From: an uncultured delta proteobacterium
Lineage (GTDB): Bacteria; Myxococcota_A; UBA9160; SMWR01
Assembly: GCA_963832165.1 (NCBI GenBank)
Contig: CAWHTE010000004.1
Coordinates: 32,001-96,000, forward strand
Direction: 5' to 3'
Length of the DNA: 64,000 nt
The translations under genes were made by a program, and so were the position numbers. Under the pieces are notes generated by a model. The model had not been told where the DNA came from and made no database searches. It saw nothing but the letters and a program-made list of their open reading frames with translations. Shown piece by piece: positions 8,278 to 16,725 of this stretch (within the stretch, counting starts at the first letter, position 1; each line of letters starts with the position of its first letter).

Positions 8278-10629
8278 CTATTCGGTGTCCGGCAGCTCGT
8301 CCACGAACAGGATCGATTCGTTGCTCTTGGTGCGCGGCGCGGAGACGGTCTTGTTGCCGCGCAGGCGCCACGAGACGTCGTAGAAGTAGTCGTACTGCCC
8401 ATCGGGCAGCATGAACGGAATGCGCGTGGAGAGCTCGCCGCGCGACGTGTTGAGTGTCACCTGCTCGACCTGCTCCTTGCCCGCCAGGTCGTAGTACAGG
8501 CGCACGGTCGTCGCGCGGACGTCCTTCACGTTCTCGGGGTCGGCCTCGAGGCTCACGCTGCGGATCTGGTAGGGCGGCACTGCGCGGATTCCGCTCGCAT
8601 TGGTGCGCTGCCACGGCTCCTCGACGTCTTGTCCGCCGAAGAAGCTCCAGACCGCGCGCCACTCGTACTCGAGCCACTCGTTGCGGTCGTCGTCGCCCTT
8701 CCAGCCGTAGAGCATGCGGAAGCGGTTGCCCTCCGCGTTGAAGTTCTTCCGGTCGATCCGGACCTCGTCCACCGTGATCTCGCCGTTCTGGTGCGTCTTG
8801 CGCATCTGCACGCTGACGAAGTTGACGAACTTGCCGAAGTCGTCGCCGTTCATGCCGTCGACGTACACGGCGATCTCGCGCTGCTTGTAGAGCGGATCGT
8901 CGAGGTTGGCCTTGCGGAAGTACTGCGGGTCCTCGAGATATTGCTGGAGGTCGCCGATGTTCTCGTCGAAACGGACGGGTAGCTCGCCGTTCGAGTATTT
9001 CTCGAGGTTGTAGCGGAACTCGCCCGAGCGCTTGACCTTCTTGAGCTCGTAGCTCGCGAACCCGACGATCGCGGGCCGCTCTTCGGTTCCCGCGGTCGCC
9101 ACCTCGGAGTTGCCCGCGGCCTTGCGGCCGGCATCGGCCGCGTTCTTGGCCTTCGTGGCCTCCTCGCGCGCGCCCTTCAGCTGGGCTTCGAGGTCCTTGA
9201 TTTCCTTTTCCTTCGCAGCGATCTCGGGGTTCGCGTTCGGCGCGGTGGGCTTCTCCGCGGGCTTCTCCGGGGTGGGCTTGACCGCAGTGGGTTTCTCCGC
9301 GGGCTTTTCCGCGGGCTTCACCGGGGTGGGCTTCTCCGCGGGTTTCTCCGCAGGCTTCTCTGCAGGCTTTTCCGCGGGCTTCTCTGCGGGTTTCTCCGCC
9401 GTCTCCGCAGGTTTTTCCGCGGGCTTCTCCGGCGCGGGTTTTTTCACTACCGCTGCGCGCGACGCGGTCTGCTTCGACTTGAGCTCAACGAGTTCCTTCT
9501 CCGCCTTGCGCAGCTTCTCTTCGAGCTCGGTCACACGCGCATTCGCCTTGTCCGACTCCTTCTCCAGTCGCGCGACCTCGGCCTTGTCCACCTCCGCGCG
9601 TTTCCCCTTCTCGCGCGCGGCGAGATTCTCCTTGCGGATCGCCTCCGCCTTCTGCTGGAGGGATTCGTTTCCGCCCGCGGCACCGTCCTTCTTCGCGTCG
9701 GCGAGCGGATCGGGGATGCCCTTGTTCTTGTCGAAGAGCAGATTCATGAACAGGTCATGGGTCTGACCGACCAGCCTGTTGAACTGCTCGTCGCCGCCGC
9801 CCCCGATGATCTGGATGTCGATCACCTTCTTCTCGATCAGCTCATCCATCGCCGAGCTGAGCTTGAACTCGAACTGGGGCGTGGCGACCGCGGCCTTGAT
9901 CGCCTCGTGTTCGTAGACCTGGTCCAGGTTCGCGACGATCGTGGCCTTCGCGGGCGACCAGTATCCGGGCAGCTTCATGTCGAACGAGAAGCTGATGTCG
10001 GGCGTCGCCATCTGGAACGACTGCCACAGGATCTGCGCACCCATCTTCGTGAGCTGGAGCGACACCGCCGCCTTGCCGCCTTCGAGCACCGGGGCGTTTC
10101 CGAGACCCACGACGCGCTTCACGAGCTCGCCATTGTCCTGCTGGAACGCGGAGACGAGCGCGAACGTGCCGCTGCGGTAGATCGCGGGGCCGACGATCTT
10201 CGCGCCCGGGGTCTGCGCGTCGAGCGCGTGCTGAGCGCGCTCGATCTGCGCCTGTGGGACGTCGAGCGAGACCACCGCGTGCAGGATCCCGCCGCCGATC
10301 CCCTCCTTCGGTGCGTCGTCCGATCCAGTTCCCTCGACGTTCTGCACGTAGCGCAGGAACGAGAACTGCGGGCGGCCCTGCGGATCGCGTCCGAGCCGCG
10401 GCGTCATCGGGGCATAGAGATACGACTTGGGATCGCCGACCACCGGGAAGAGCATCAGGCCAGCGGCCTTCACGGGCTGGTCGAGCACGATCCGGCCGCC
10501 GCCTTCGCCGGACGGAGCAGCGGCGGTCGCATTCGGAGCGCGCGGACGTACCGACTCGGCCAGCGCCGGGCTCGCTGCGGCGGACGCGATCGCGATCGCC
10601 AACCAGAACGCGAGCACGGCGGACCTCAC
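8278..10629 (-). CDS. Large secreted hypothetical protein with coiled-coil and EKPA-repeat insertion
   Basis: GTG start overlapping the upstream TGA; signal peptide MRSAVLAFWLAIAIASAAASPALA; globular N- and C-terminal regions around a charged helical/EKPA segment. Confidence 0.8.
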   Translation of the reverse strand: MRSAVLAFWLAIAIASAAASPALAESVRPRAPNATAAAPSGEGGGRIVLDQPVKAAGLMLFPVVGDPKSYLYAPMTPRLGRDPQGRPQFSFLRYVQNVEGTGSDDAPKEGIGGGILHAVVSLDVPQAQIERAQHALDAQTPGAKIVGPAIYRSGTFALVSAFQQDNGELVKRVVGLGNAPVLEGGKAAVSLQLTKMGAQILWQSFQMATPDISFSFDMKLPGYWSPAKATIVANLDQVYEHEAIKAAVATPQFEFKLSSAMDELIEKKVIDIQIIGGGGDEQFNRLVGQTHDLFMNLLFDKNKGIPDPLADAKKDGAAGGNESLQQKAEAIRKENLAAREKGKRAEVDKAEVARLEKESDKANARVTELEEKLRKAEKELVELKSKQTASRAAVVKKPAPEKPAEKPAETAEKPAEKPAEKPAEKPAEKPAEKPTPVKPAEKPAEKPTAVKPTPEKPAEKPTAPNANPEIAAKEKEIKDLEAQLKGAREEATKAKNAADAGRKAAGNSEVATAGTEERPAIVGFASYELKKVKRSGEFRYNLEKYSNGELPVRFDENIGDLQQYLEDPQYFRKANLDDPLYKQREIAVYVDGMNGDDFGKFVNFVSVQMRKTHQNGEITVDEVRIDRKNFNAEGNRFRMLYGWKGDDDRNEWLEYEWRAVWSFFGGQDVEEPWQRTNASGIRAVPPYQIRSVSLEADPENVKDVRATTVRLYYDLAGKEQVEQVTLNTSRGELSTRIPFMLPDGQYDYFYDVSWRLRGNKTVSAPRTKSNESILFVDELPDTE
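9247..9431 (-). repeat. 12-bp coding tandem repeat (EKPA)n
   Basis: Repeated gggcttctccgc variants on the + strand. Confidence 0.85.
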
Positions 10630-11750
10630 GGGGTCACCGGGCAGTTGCCGTCGGCGTCCTCGGCCATCGGGCAGGAGGCCGTCACGGATTCCACCTGACA
10701 TCCATTCGGCCATTGGCTCTCGGGCTTTCCACTGCCGACCGCTTTGCAGCACGCGACGATCCTCTCGACCTTGTCGTGATAGGTCTTGTTCCATTCGCCT
10801 TCGCTCGTCAGGCCGTGCCCATCGGGCATCCAATGGGTCACTTCGAAGCTCTGCCCCATGGTGCTGGCTCTCGCGTGGACCTTGCCGGTCGCGAGTCGGA
10901 TCCAGGCGTCGCAGGTGCGGAAGTCGGGCCCGCCGATCGAGTTGGCGCGGTCGACGCTCGCGCGCGCGGCCGCGATGTGGTGGCACATCGTGCAGGTGTC
11001 GTCGCCGTCGATCTCGACGAACTTGGGCTCGGGCCACGTGTCGAACGGCGGCTCGCTGTTCTTGTAGGGGCCGTTGTCACCCGCGAGATCGCTTCCAATC
11101 GTGTTGTTCATCCAGCGGCTGTTCATCCACGGTCCGCTGTCGTGGCACTTGATGCACATGACATCGCGGGTGTCGGACGGCTTCATCCAGAAGTCGTGAC
11201 CGCTCACCGTGGCCGGACCCGGCACGATCGTGCCATCGAGATGCTGCGATTTCCCATCCTCGGTCTGAAACCAGCACGTCTCGCCATTGCCGCGGTTGTG
11301 CACGATCATCGCGATGTCGTCGAAGCCGGTGACGAGGTTCCCCTCCAGATCGAGCAGAGGAGCCGGCCCGAGGCCCCAGCGCGTCTTGTGCCGACACAAG
11401 AGCGCCGCCTTGACCTGCGGGTTCGACGGCGTCGGCACGACCTGGATGTAGCTGTGCCCGTAGCACTTGTTGTCGAGCCACGTCCCGTAGTCGCAGGCGT
11501 CGGGAATCTCCTTGGCACAGCCCGCGTCCTTGCACAGGTCCAGGTCCTGGACGACGCCCTCGACCGTCGAGACGAGCCGTTTGCCCTTCGTGCAGTCGAA
11601 CGAGCCCTTCAGGTCGTCTGCATCGAGGTGCAGGCGTTCGAAGCAGCTCTTGGCGTACTCCCAGACGTCGGGGTCGCTGTCCGCCGCAGCCGGCCCGGAC
11701 CCGGCGAGGAGTAGAACGACGGCGGCGGTCGCGATGCGTCCCACCTTCAC
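10626..11750 (-). CDS. Secreted Cys-rich diheme c-type cytochrome (paralog B)
   Basis: GTG start coupled to the upstream stop; signal peptide; CIKCH and CTMCH; shares CDY.. WLD..CYG.SYIQV, ALLCRHK, FDD.AMIVHNR..GETCWFQ and CHDSGPWMNSRWM with paralog A. Confidence 0.75.
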   Translation of the reverse strand: MKVGRIATAAVVLLLAGSGPAAADSDPDVWEYAKSCFERLHLDADDLKGSFDCTKGKRLVSTVEGVVQDLDLCKDAGCAKEIPDACDYGTWLDNKCYGHSYIQVVPTPSNPQVKAALLCRHKTRWGLGPAPLLDLEGNLVTGFDDIAMIVHNRGNGETCWFQTEDGKSQHLDGTIVPGPATVSGHDFWMKPSDTRDVMCIKCHDSGPWMNSRWMNNTIGSDLAGDNGPYKNSEPPFDTWPEPKFVEIDGDDTCTMCHHIAAARASVDRANSIGGPDFRTCDAWIRLATGKVHARASTMGQSFEVTHWMPDGHGLTSEGEWNKTYHDKVERIVACCKAVGSGKPESQWPNGCQVESVTASCPMAEDADGNCPVTP

Positions 11751-12499
11751 TCCTCTGTCAGATCCGCCTTGTCCGGCGTCGAACCCGAGAGACAGTGCAT
11801 GAAGTGCGCCCACCCGTCTGCCGCGTAGAAGTTTCCGCACCGGATCTCGCAGTCGAACAGCCCGCAGTAGCTTTCCTCACCGCTCTCTTCGCGAACGCCC
11901 ACGAGGTGCGCGCTCTCGTGAATGAGCGTGCGGATCCGCTGCTCGGGCGAGCTCTTCTCCTTGGCGAAGAATCCCGGACAGAGCTGGATCGGCGGCGACG
12001 TACCCAGGACGTAGGCGGCGCGTCCGGTGCAGTTCGTATCCTCGGCGGACGCGCACGCTGTGGGCAGGTCCGCGTTCGAGACACGGTTGCGGATCTTCTC
12101 CGAGATCTCGACGACCTGCTCGAAGTCGAGGTCGTCGTCGATCAGCTTCGCGGCCAGGCTCTCCGCCTCGCGCTGATCGTTCGTTCCCGTCGACGGATGC
12201 AGCCCGCGCGCGCGATCGGTTGCGGTCTGGGTCCGGATCGCCGCGGCCTTGCGCGCGGTCTCGATCTGCTCCTCCTGGGCGGGCGTGCACCCCTCTGCCG
12301 CCACGCGGCTCTGTACGGTCGGATTCGGCTTCTTGACGATCTTGCTCGGATCCGGCTTGGCCGCTGAGCGCGTCCGGGCTTTTTCCGACTTCTGCTTGAT
12401 CACGGGTTTCGCGGCGGGCTCTTCGGCAAGCAGCGCGGACGGGCATGCGAGCACCATCCACATCACGACGGATCCAGCGATCAACCGGTTTCGCTTCAT
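11747..12499 (-). CDS. Secreted HExxH zinc metallopeptidase (M35/lysine-specific metallo-endopeptidase-like)
   Basis: Signal peptide; C...C...AAYV......I.LCPGFF and TLIHESAH. Confidence 0.7.
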   Translation of the reverse strand: MKRNRLIAGSVVMWMVLACPSALLAEEPAAKPVIKQKSEKARTRSAAKPDPSKIVKKPNPTVQSRVAAEGCTPAQEEQIETARKAAAIRTQTATDRARGLHPSTGTNDQREAESLAAKLIDDDLDFEQVVEISEKIRNRVSNADLPTACASAEDTNCTGRAAYVLGTSPPIQLCPGFFAKEKSSPEQRIRTLIHESAHLVGVREESGEESYCGLFDCEIRCGNFYAADGWAHFMHCLSGSTPDKADLTEE

Positions 12500-12552
12500 C
12501 TCGACGTCGACCTCCCTGCTCGAGACCGCCGCATCTTATCGCGTCGGGGGGA

Positions 12553-14409
12553 TTAACTCCGCGGCACGAAGAAGAAATCGCCGCTTTCGTGGCCGGCGAA
12601 CTTGATCGGTGCGTACTGCGGCAGCTGCTCGAACTGCTGCGCCTCGGCGGCCCAGGCCACGCGCGCCGAGATCTCCTGGAACAGCCGCTGCCCTTCGATC
12701 GCCTCCTGGGCTTCCCCGAGCACGGTGAGCAGCGCCTTGGCGAAGATCGAGTGATCGCCGCCGCCCGAGTCGAGCACGGGAGCGATGCCACCCGAGGTCA
12801 GCGCGGTGCGCGACTTCTTGCCGGCCATCCCGCGCATCCAGGCCATGCGCGCCTCCTTCGTCATGCCGGCTTCGAGGCGCGCGAGTGACGAGCGCGTGAG
12901 GGCGCCCGAATAGCACGAGTCGGCCACGACGATGATGTGTTTCGCCGACATCGCGTTGAGCAGATCGGTCAGATCCACGTTCGAGATCCAGTTGGCCGTG
13001 CTCGCGGGCTCGGCGTCGGTCGGGAGCCAGTGGCCGCGGCTGTTCGCGCGGTCGAGCTCGCCGTGACCGGCGTAGAAGATCAGCAGGTTGTCCTTCTCGG
13101 TGAGCTTGCCGCGCAGCGTGTTGAGCGCGGACAGGATGTCGTAGCGGGTCGCGTCGAGCAGCGTCGTGACCTCGAAGCCGAACTTCTTCTCGAGCAGCTT
13201 GCCGAGCTCGCGCGCGTCGGCGCGCGCGGTGGCGAGGTCGTGCACCTCGGGATTCTTGTAGCTGTCGTTGCCGATCACGAGCGCGTAGTAGCGGCCGAAG
13301 TCGATCGCGGGCTCGGACGGGCGCACGGGCTCCCCGGCGGCCTCGCGCGTTCCGGGCTCGAGCACGAACACGCGATCCGCACGGCCGCCCTGGCGATCCG
13401 TGGCCACGATCGTGATCTTGGTCCCCTGCGCTCCCACGATCACCTCCGAGCGGAACATTCCCTTGTCGGTGACGGGAAGTGACGCGTCGTTGAGCGTGAG
13501 GCTCATGAGGCCGGCCGGCGCCTCGACGTGGCCGACCAACACGCGCCGGGTATCCGCGACGATCGTCTGCACGAGAGTCACGCCGCGCGTGATCGGCACC
13601 TTGGGATCGAGGATCTGGATCGTCGGAGCCGGCAGCTTCACACCGGGCGGCGGCTTCGCGGCGATCTGCACGCGCAGCGCGTCCGCTTCGTTGCGCAGCC
13701 GATCGACCTCGACCTCGAGCTGCGAGACGCGCACCGCGCCATCCGCGCTCGCGTTCGAGCGGTCGCGGCGCAGCTCGTCGAGCTCCTGTCGCAGGCGCTC
13801 GACCTCCTGCTCGCGGCGGCGGAGATCCTGCTTGAGCTGGTCGAGCTCGCCGCTCGACGGCGCCGAGGGCTGGAAGTTCACCTCGAGATCGGCGAGCCCC
13901 GACGCGCGCCGATACCACGCGAGCGCCTGGGCCGGGTCGCGCGGCACGCCGCGGCCGAGCTCGTAGAGCTGGCCGAGATTGATCTGCGCGGGAGCCCAGC
14001 CCTGGTCGGCCGCGCGCCGATACCACGTGGCCGCGGCCTCGTAGTCGGACGCGAGGCCCATGCCCTTCTCGTAGATCTCGCCGACGTAGGTCTGCGCCTG
14101 CGCGTCGCCCGCTTTGGCGGGCTCGAGCCACACGGCGAGTGCCGTCGCGTAGCTCGCGCGGTCGTAGGCCGTGTACTCCCCGCCGCGGATCGCGCAGTCG
14201 CTGCCCGTGGTCTTGATCGCGCGCCGCGCCGTGAGGTAGGTCATCTGCTGCCCGAGCCGGCGCACCTTGCCCGGCAGCAGGCAGTCCACCACGAGCAGCT
14301 CGCCGGATTCCTGCGCCGTGCTCTCTCCGGGGCGCGGCGCGACGTCGCTCGCGCAGGCGAGCGCGAGCCCGCCTGCGCAGAGCCATGCCTGGGTCCGGAA
14401 CGCGCTCAT
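12553..14409 (-). CDS. Lipoprotein with Sel1-like repeats, coiled coil and C-terminal caspase (C14) domain
   Basis: LALAC lipobox; AQTYVGEIYEKG and AQINLGQLYELGRG Sel1 repeats; YALVIGNDSY, FYAGHG, ADSCY. Confidence 0.85.
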   Translation of the reverse strand: MSAFRTQAWLCAGGLALACASDVAPRPGESTAQESGELLVVDCLLPGKVRRLGQQMTYLTARRAIKTTGSDCAIRGGEYTAYDRASYATALAVWLEPAKAGDAQAQTYVGEIYEKGMGLASDYEAAATWYRRAADQGWAPAQINLGQLYELGRGVPRDPAQALAWYRRASGLADLEVNFQPSAPSSGELDQLKQDLRRREQEVERLRQELDELRRDRSNASADGAVRVSQLEVEVDRLRNEADALRVQIAAKPPPGVKLPAPTIQILDPKVPITRGVTLVQTIVADTRRVLVGHVEAPAGLMSLTLNDASLPVTDKGMFRSEVIVGAQGTKITIVATDRQGGRADRVFVLEPGTREAAGEPVRPSEPAIDFGRYYALVIGNDSYKNPEVHDLATARADARELGKLLEKKFGFEVTTLLDATRYDILSALNTLRGKLTEKDNLLIFYAGHGELDRANSRGHWLPTDAEPASTANWISNVDLTDLLNAMSAKHIIVVADSCYSGALTRSSLARLEAGMTKEARMAWMRGMAGKKSRTALTSGGIAPVLDSGGGDHSIFAKALLTVLGEAQEAIEGQRLFQEISARVAWAAEAQQFEQLPQYAPIKFAGHESGDFFFVPRS

Positions 14410-14453
14410 GGATGGCGGTCCATCGACCCCGCCATCCTATCACCCCGCGCCGA

Positions 14454-15665
14454 TCAGAACTCGATCCGCCCACCCGCTGTGAAGCGGTGATGCTCGACGT
14501 CGCTCAGGGCGAGCACCGTGTCGTAGTCGATGAAGGCGGAGATGCCGTGGGCGAACCCCGCCGATACGCCGGCGCCGAGGCGCCCATAGTCGCGGTCCGG
14601 GGAGTCGGTGCGCGAGATCAACACGTCGTTGACCGGGTTGGAGTTCAAGAACAGGCGCGCGTCGATGTTGCGCGCGTCGTTCTCGAACTCGTGCTCCCAG
14701 GTGGCGCGCAGGTGCGGGACGATCACCCCGAATCCGGTCGAGATCGCATACGAGGCCTCGGCCCCGAGGCTCGACACGAGCGACGTGATGTCCTGGTCGT
14801 CGTATTTGAGCGGGAACGCCTGCACCTGCGATTCGGAATAGCCGTCGATCCAGGTCTGGCGGTAGTCGATTCCCGCGATCGGTCCGACTCCGAGAGCGTC
14901 GAACGCGAACTCGTAGCCGCCGCTCAGGCTGAAGCCGACCTGATTCGCATCCGTGTCGCCCTTGGCCGAGGCGAGGAAGACCGCCTCGTCGAGCAGCACG
15001 ATCGGGCGATCGTACTCGTAGTCGAGATAGGTGTAGGTCACGATTCCATCGACGTGGAACGGACCCGAGAAGAAGCTCGCGTAGAGCGACGGGGTGTACG
15101 AGTCGGATTCGACCTCGCCGCCGCCGGTGTTGAAGCCGGATCCGTTCGCGGCCGCGATCTCGTCGAACTCGCTGTTCTGGCGGTTCCAGCCGAAGCCGAA
15201 GCCGGCCACGAACGAATCGCTCAGGCGATAGTCCACGCCGGCCTGCACGCCGCCGCCCCAGACCTCATACTCATCCGCCTCGCCGCGCGCGTCGACCTCT
15301 CCGAAGCCGCCCGAGCCGTTCAGGAAGGCACCGAGTCGCGACGCGCCATCCTCCTCACGCGCCTGCTCGAGCCGGTCGGCCTCGGCCGACACCTGGGTGT
15401 CGGTCGTCTGGGTCGCCGTGCTGCTGGCCGCGCTCTGCTCGCGCGGAGACACCTGCAATGCGTCCTGGGTCTGCTGCGCGCCGACGCCGAAGGCGACGTC
15501 GCAGCTCTGCGCCGCGAGATTCGGATCGCTGGCCGTACCACACAGACCCGCCATCACGGCGGTCGTGCGCGCGACGAGATCCGCTTGATTCGTCGCAGCC
15601 GCGGGCGCACACCACAACACCAACGCGAAACCAAAGAAGAGGCGGAACACGATGCGATCGGACAT
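14454..15665 (-). CDS. Autotransporter-type outer-membrane beta-barrel protein with minimal passenger
   Basis: Signal peptide; GVDYR, GFGFGW, HLRATWEHEF, C-terminal GRIEF. Confidence 0.8.
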   Translation of the reverse strand: MSDRIVFRLFFGFALVLWCAPAAATNQADLVARTTAVMAGLCGTASDPNLAAQSCDVAFGVGAQQTQDALQVSPREQSAASSTATQTTDTQVSAEADRLEQAREEDGASRLGAFLNGSGGFGEVDARGEADEYEVWGGGVQAGVDYRLSDSFVAGFGFGWNRQNSEFDEIAAANGSGFNTGGGEVESDSYTPSLYASFFSGPFHVDGIVTYTYLDYEYDRPIVLLDEAVFLASAKGDTDANQVGFSLSGGYEFAFDALGVGPIAGIDYRQTWIDGYSESQVQAFPLKYDDQDITSLVSSLGAEASYAISTGFGVIVPHLRATWEHEFENDARNIDARLFLNSNPVNDVLISRTDSPDRDYGRLGAGVSAGFAHGISAFIDYDTVLALSDVEHHRFTAGGRIEF

Positions 15666-15759
15666 GGGTTCTCTCTCTTGGTTAGGGGAGGAGCCGCCAG
15701 ACCATACGGGATTCCGCGCGCGATGAGAACACTGGAGCGCGTAGTGGATCGGACCGCGC

Positions 15760-16725
15760 TCAGCGGGTTCGCTTCATCCAATCCACGGTCAGCGCGACAC
15801 CCTGGGCGACGCTAAAGGGCAGCGGACCGCAGACGGCCTGCAGCGGTGCCATGTCGTAGATCATCGGGGTGAGCAGGTTCTCGAGCCGGAAGCTCGTGAG
15901 CGGCACGTCCTTCCAGCCGAGCATCGCCAGTCCGTCGCCGACGCGCGCGATCCCGCGCAACAGCCCCTGCGGAACGTCGCGGATCGGCCGCACGCCGAAC
16001 GCCTCGCGGATCATCTCACCCCAGGCGCGCACCTCGATCGGCTCGTAGTCCGCGATGTAGAAGAGCTGGCTCCGGATCGCCGCCGCGGGCGCCTGCATGA
16101 GCCGATCCAGCTGGTGAACCGTGTTGCCCACGAAGCCGAACGACTTCTGGATGCGCGCGCCCTTCGGGTGGATGTAGCGGCCATGGCGGACCATGTCGAA
16201 GAAGTCGCGGTAGGGCACGCCGAACCACGGGCCCCAGATCGAAGTCGGGCGCACGATCGTCCATTCGCAGGACATGCCGGCGCTGCGCACGCGCTGCTCG
16301 CCGATCACCTTGCTCTCACCATAGAGCGTGCTGGGCTGATAGTCGGTCGGGGATTTCGGGTGGTAGCCGATCCGGCAGACCAGGCGCGACGAGGCGAACA
16401 CGATCCGCTGCAGCGACGGGCACGACGCCGCCGCCTTGATCATGTTGTCGACGCCGTCCGTATTGGCGCTGTAGTCCGACAGCGTCGTTCCGTGCATGTC
16501 CGTGCGCGCGGCCAGGTGGTGGATGAACTGCGGCTGGAACTCGACGACCGCCGCACAGAGTGCCCCCGCGTCGGTGATGTCCACGTTGCGCCACAGCGGG
16601 CGATGCGCCTCGCAGCCCGGCGCGCGGATGTCGAGGTTGCACAGCTCGTGGCCGGCCCCGCGCAGCGACTCCACGAGATTGGTGCCGATGAAGCCGGACC
16701 CTCCCGTGACGAGGACCCTGCTCAT
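15760..16725 (-). CDS. NAD-dependent epimerase/dehydratase
   Basis: VTGGSGFIG, HLAA, YGESK. Confidence 0.9.
   Translation of the reverse strand: MSRVLVTGGSGFIGTNLVESLRGAGHELCNLDIRAPGCEAHRPLWRNVDITDAGALCAAVVEFQPQFIHHLAARTDMHGTTLSDYSANTDGVDNMIKAAASCPSLQRIVFASSRLVCRIGYHPKSPTDYQPSTLYGESKVIGEQRVRSAGMSCEWTIVRPTSIWGPWFGVPYRDFFDMVRHGRYIHPKGARIQKSFGFVGNTVHQLDRLMQAPAAAIRSQLFYIADYEPIEVRAWGEMIREAFGVRPIRDVPQGLLRGIARVGDGLAMLGWKDVPLTSFRLENLLTPMIYDMAPLQAVCGPLPFSVAQGVALTVDWMKRTR

Noticed and set aside
5520..8402. Long antisense ORFs (also 20533..23715, 35525..38479, 47808..50090 and others)
   Set aside because: They lie opposite well-supported genes and are expected in high-GC DNA with few stop codons; no motifs.
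2896..14409. Caspase-based anti-phage defence (gasdermin, CHAT or NLR type)
   Set aside because: No gasdermin, STAND NTPase, TIR or similar partner is recognisable, and all the proteins appear to be exported.
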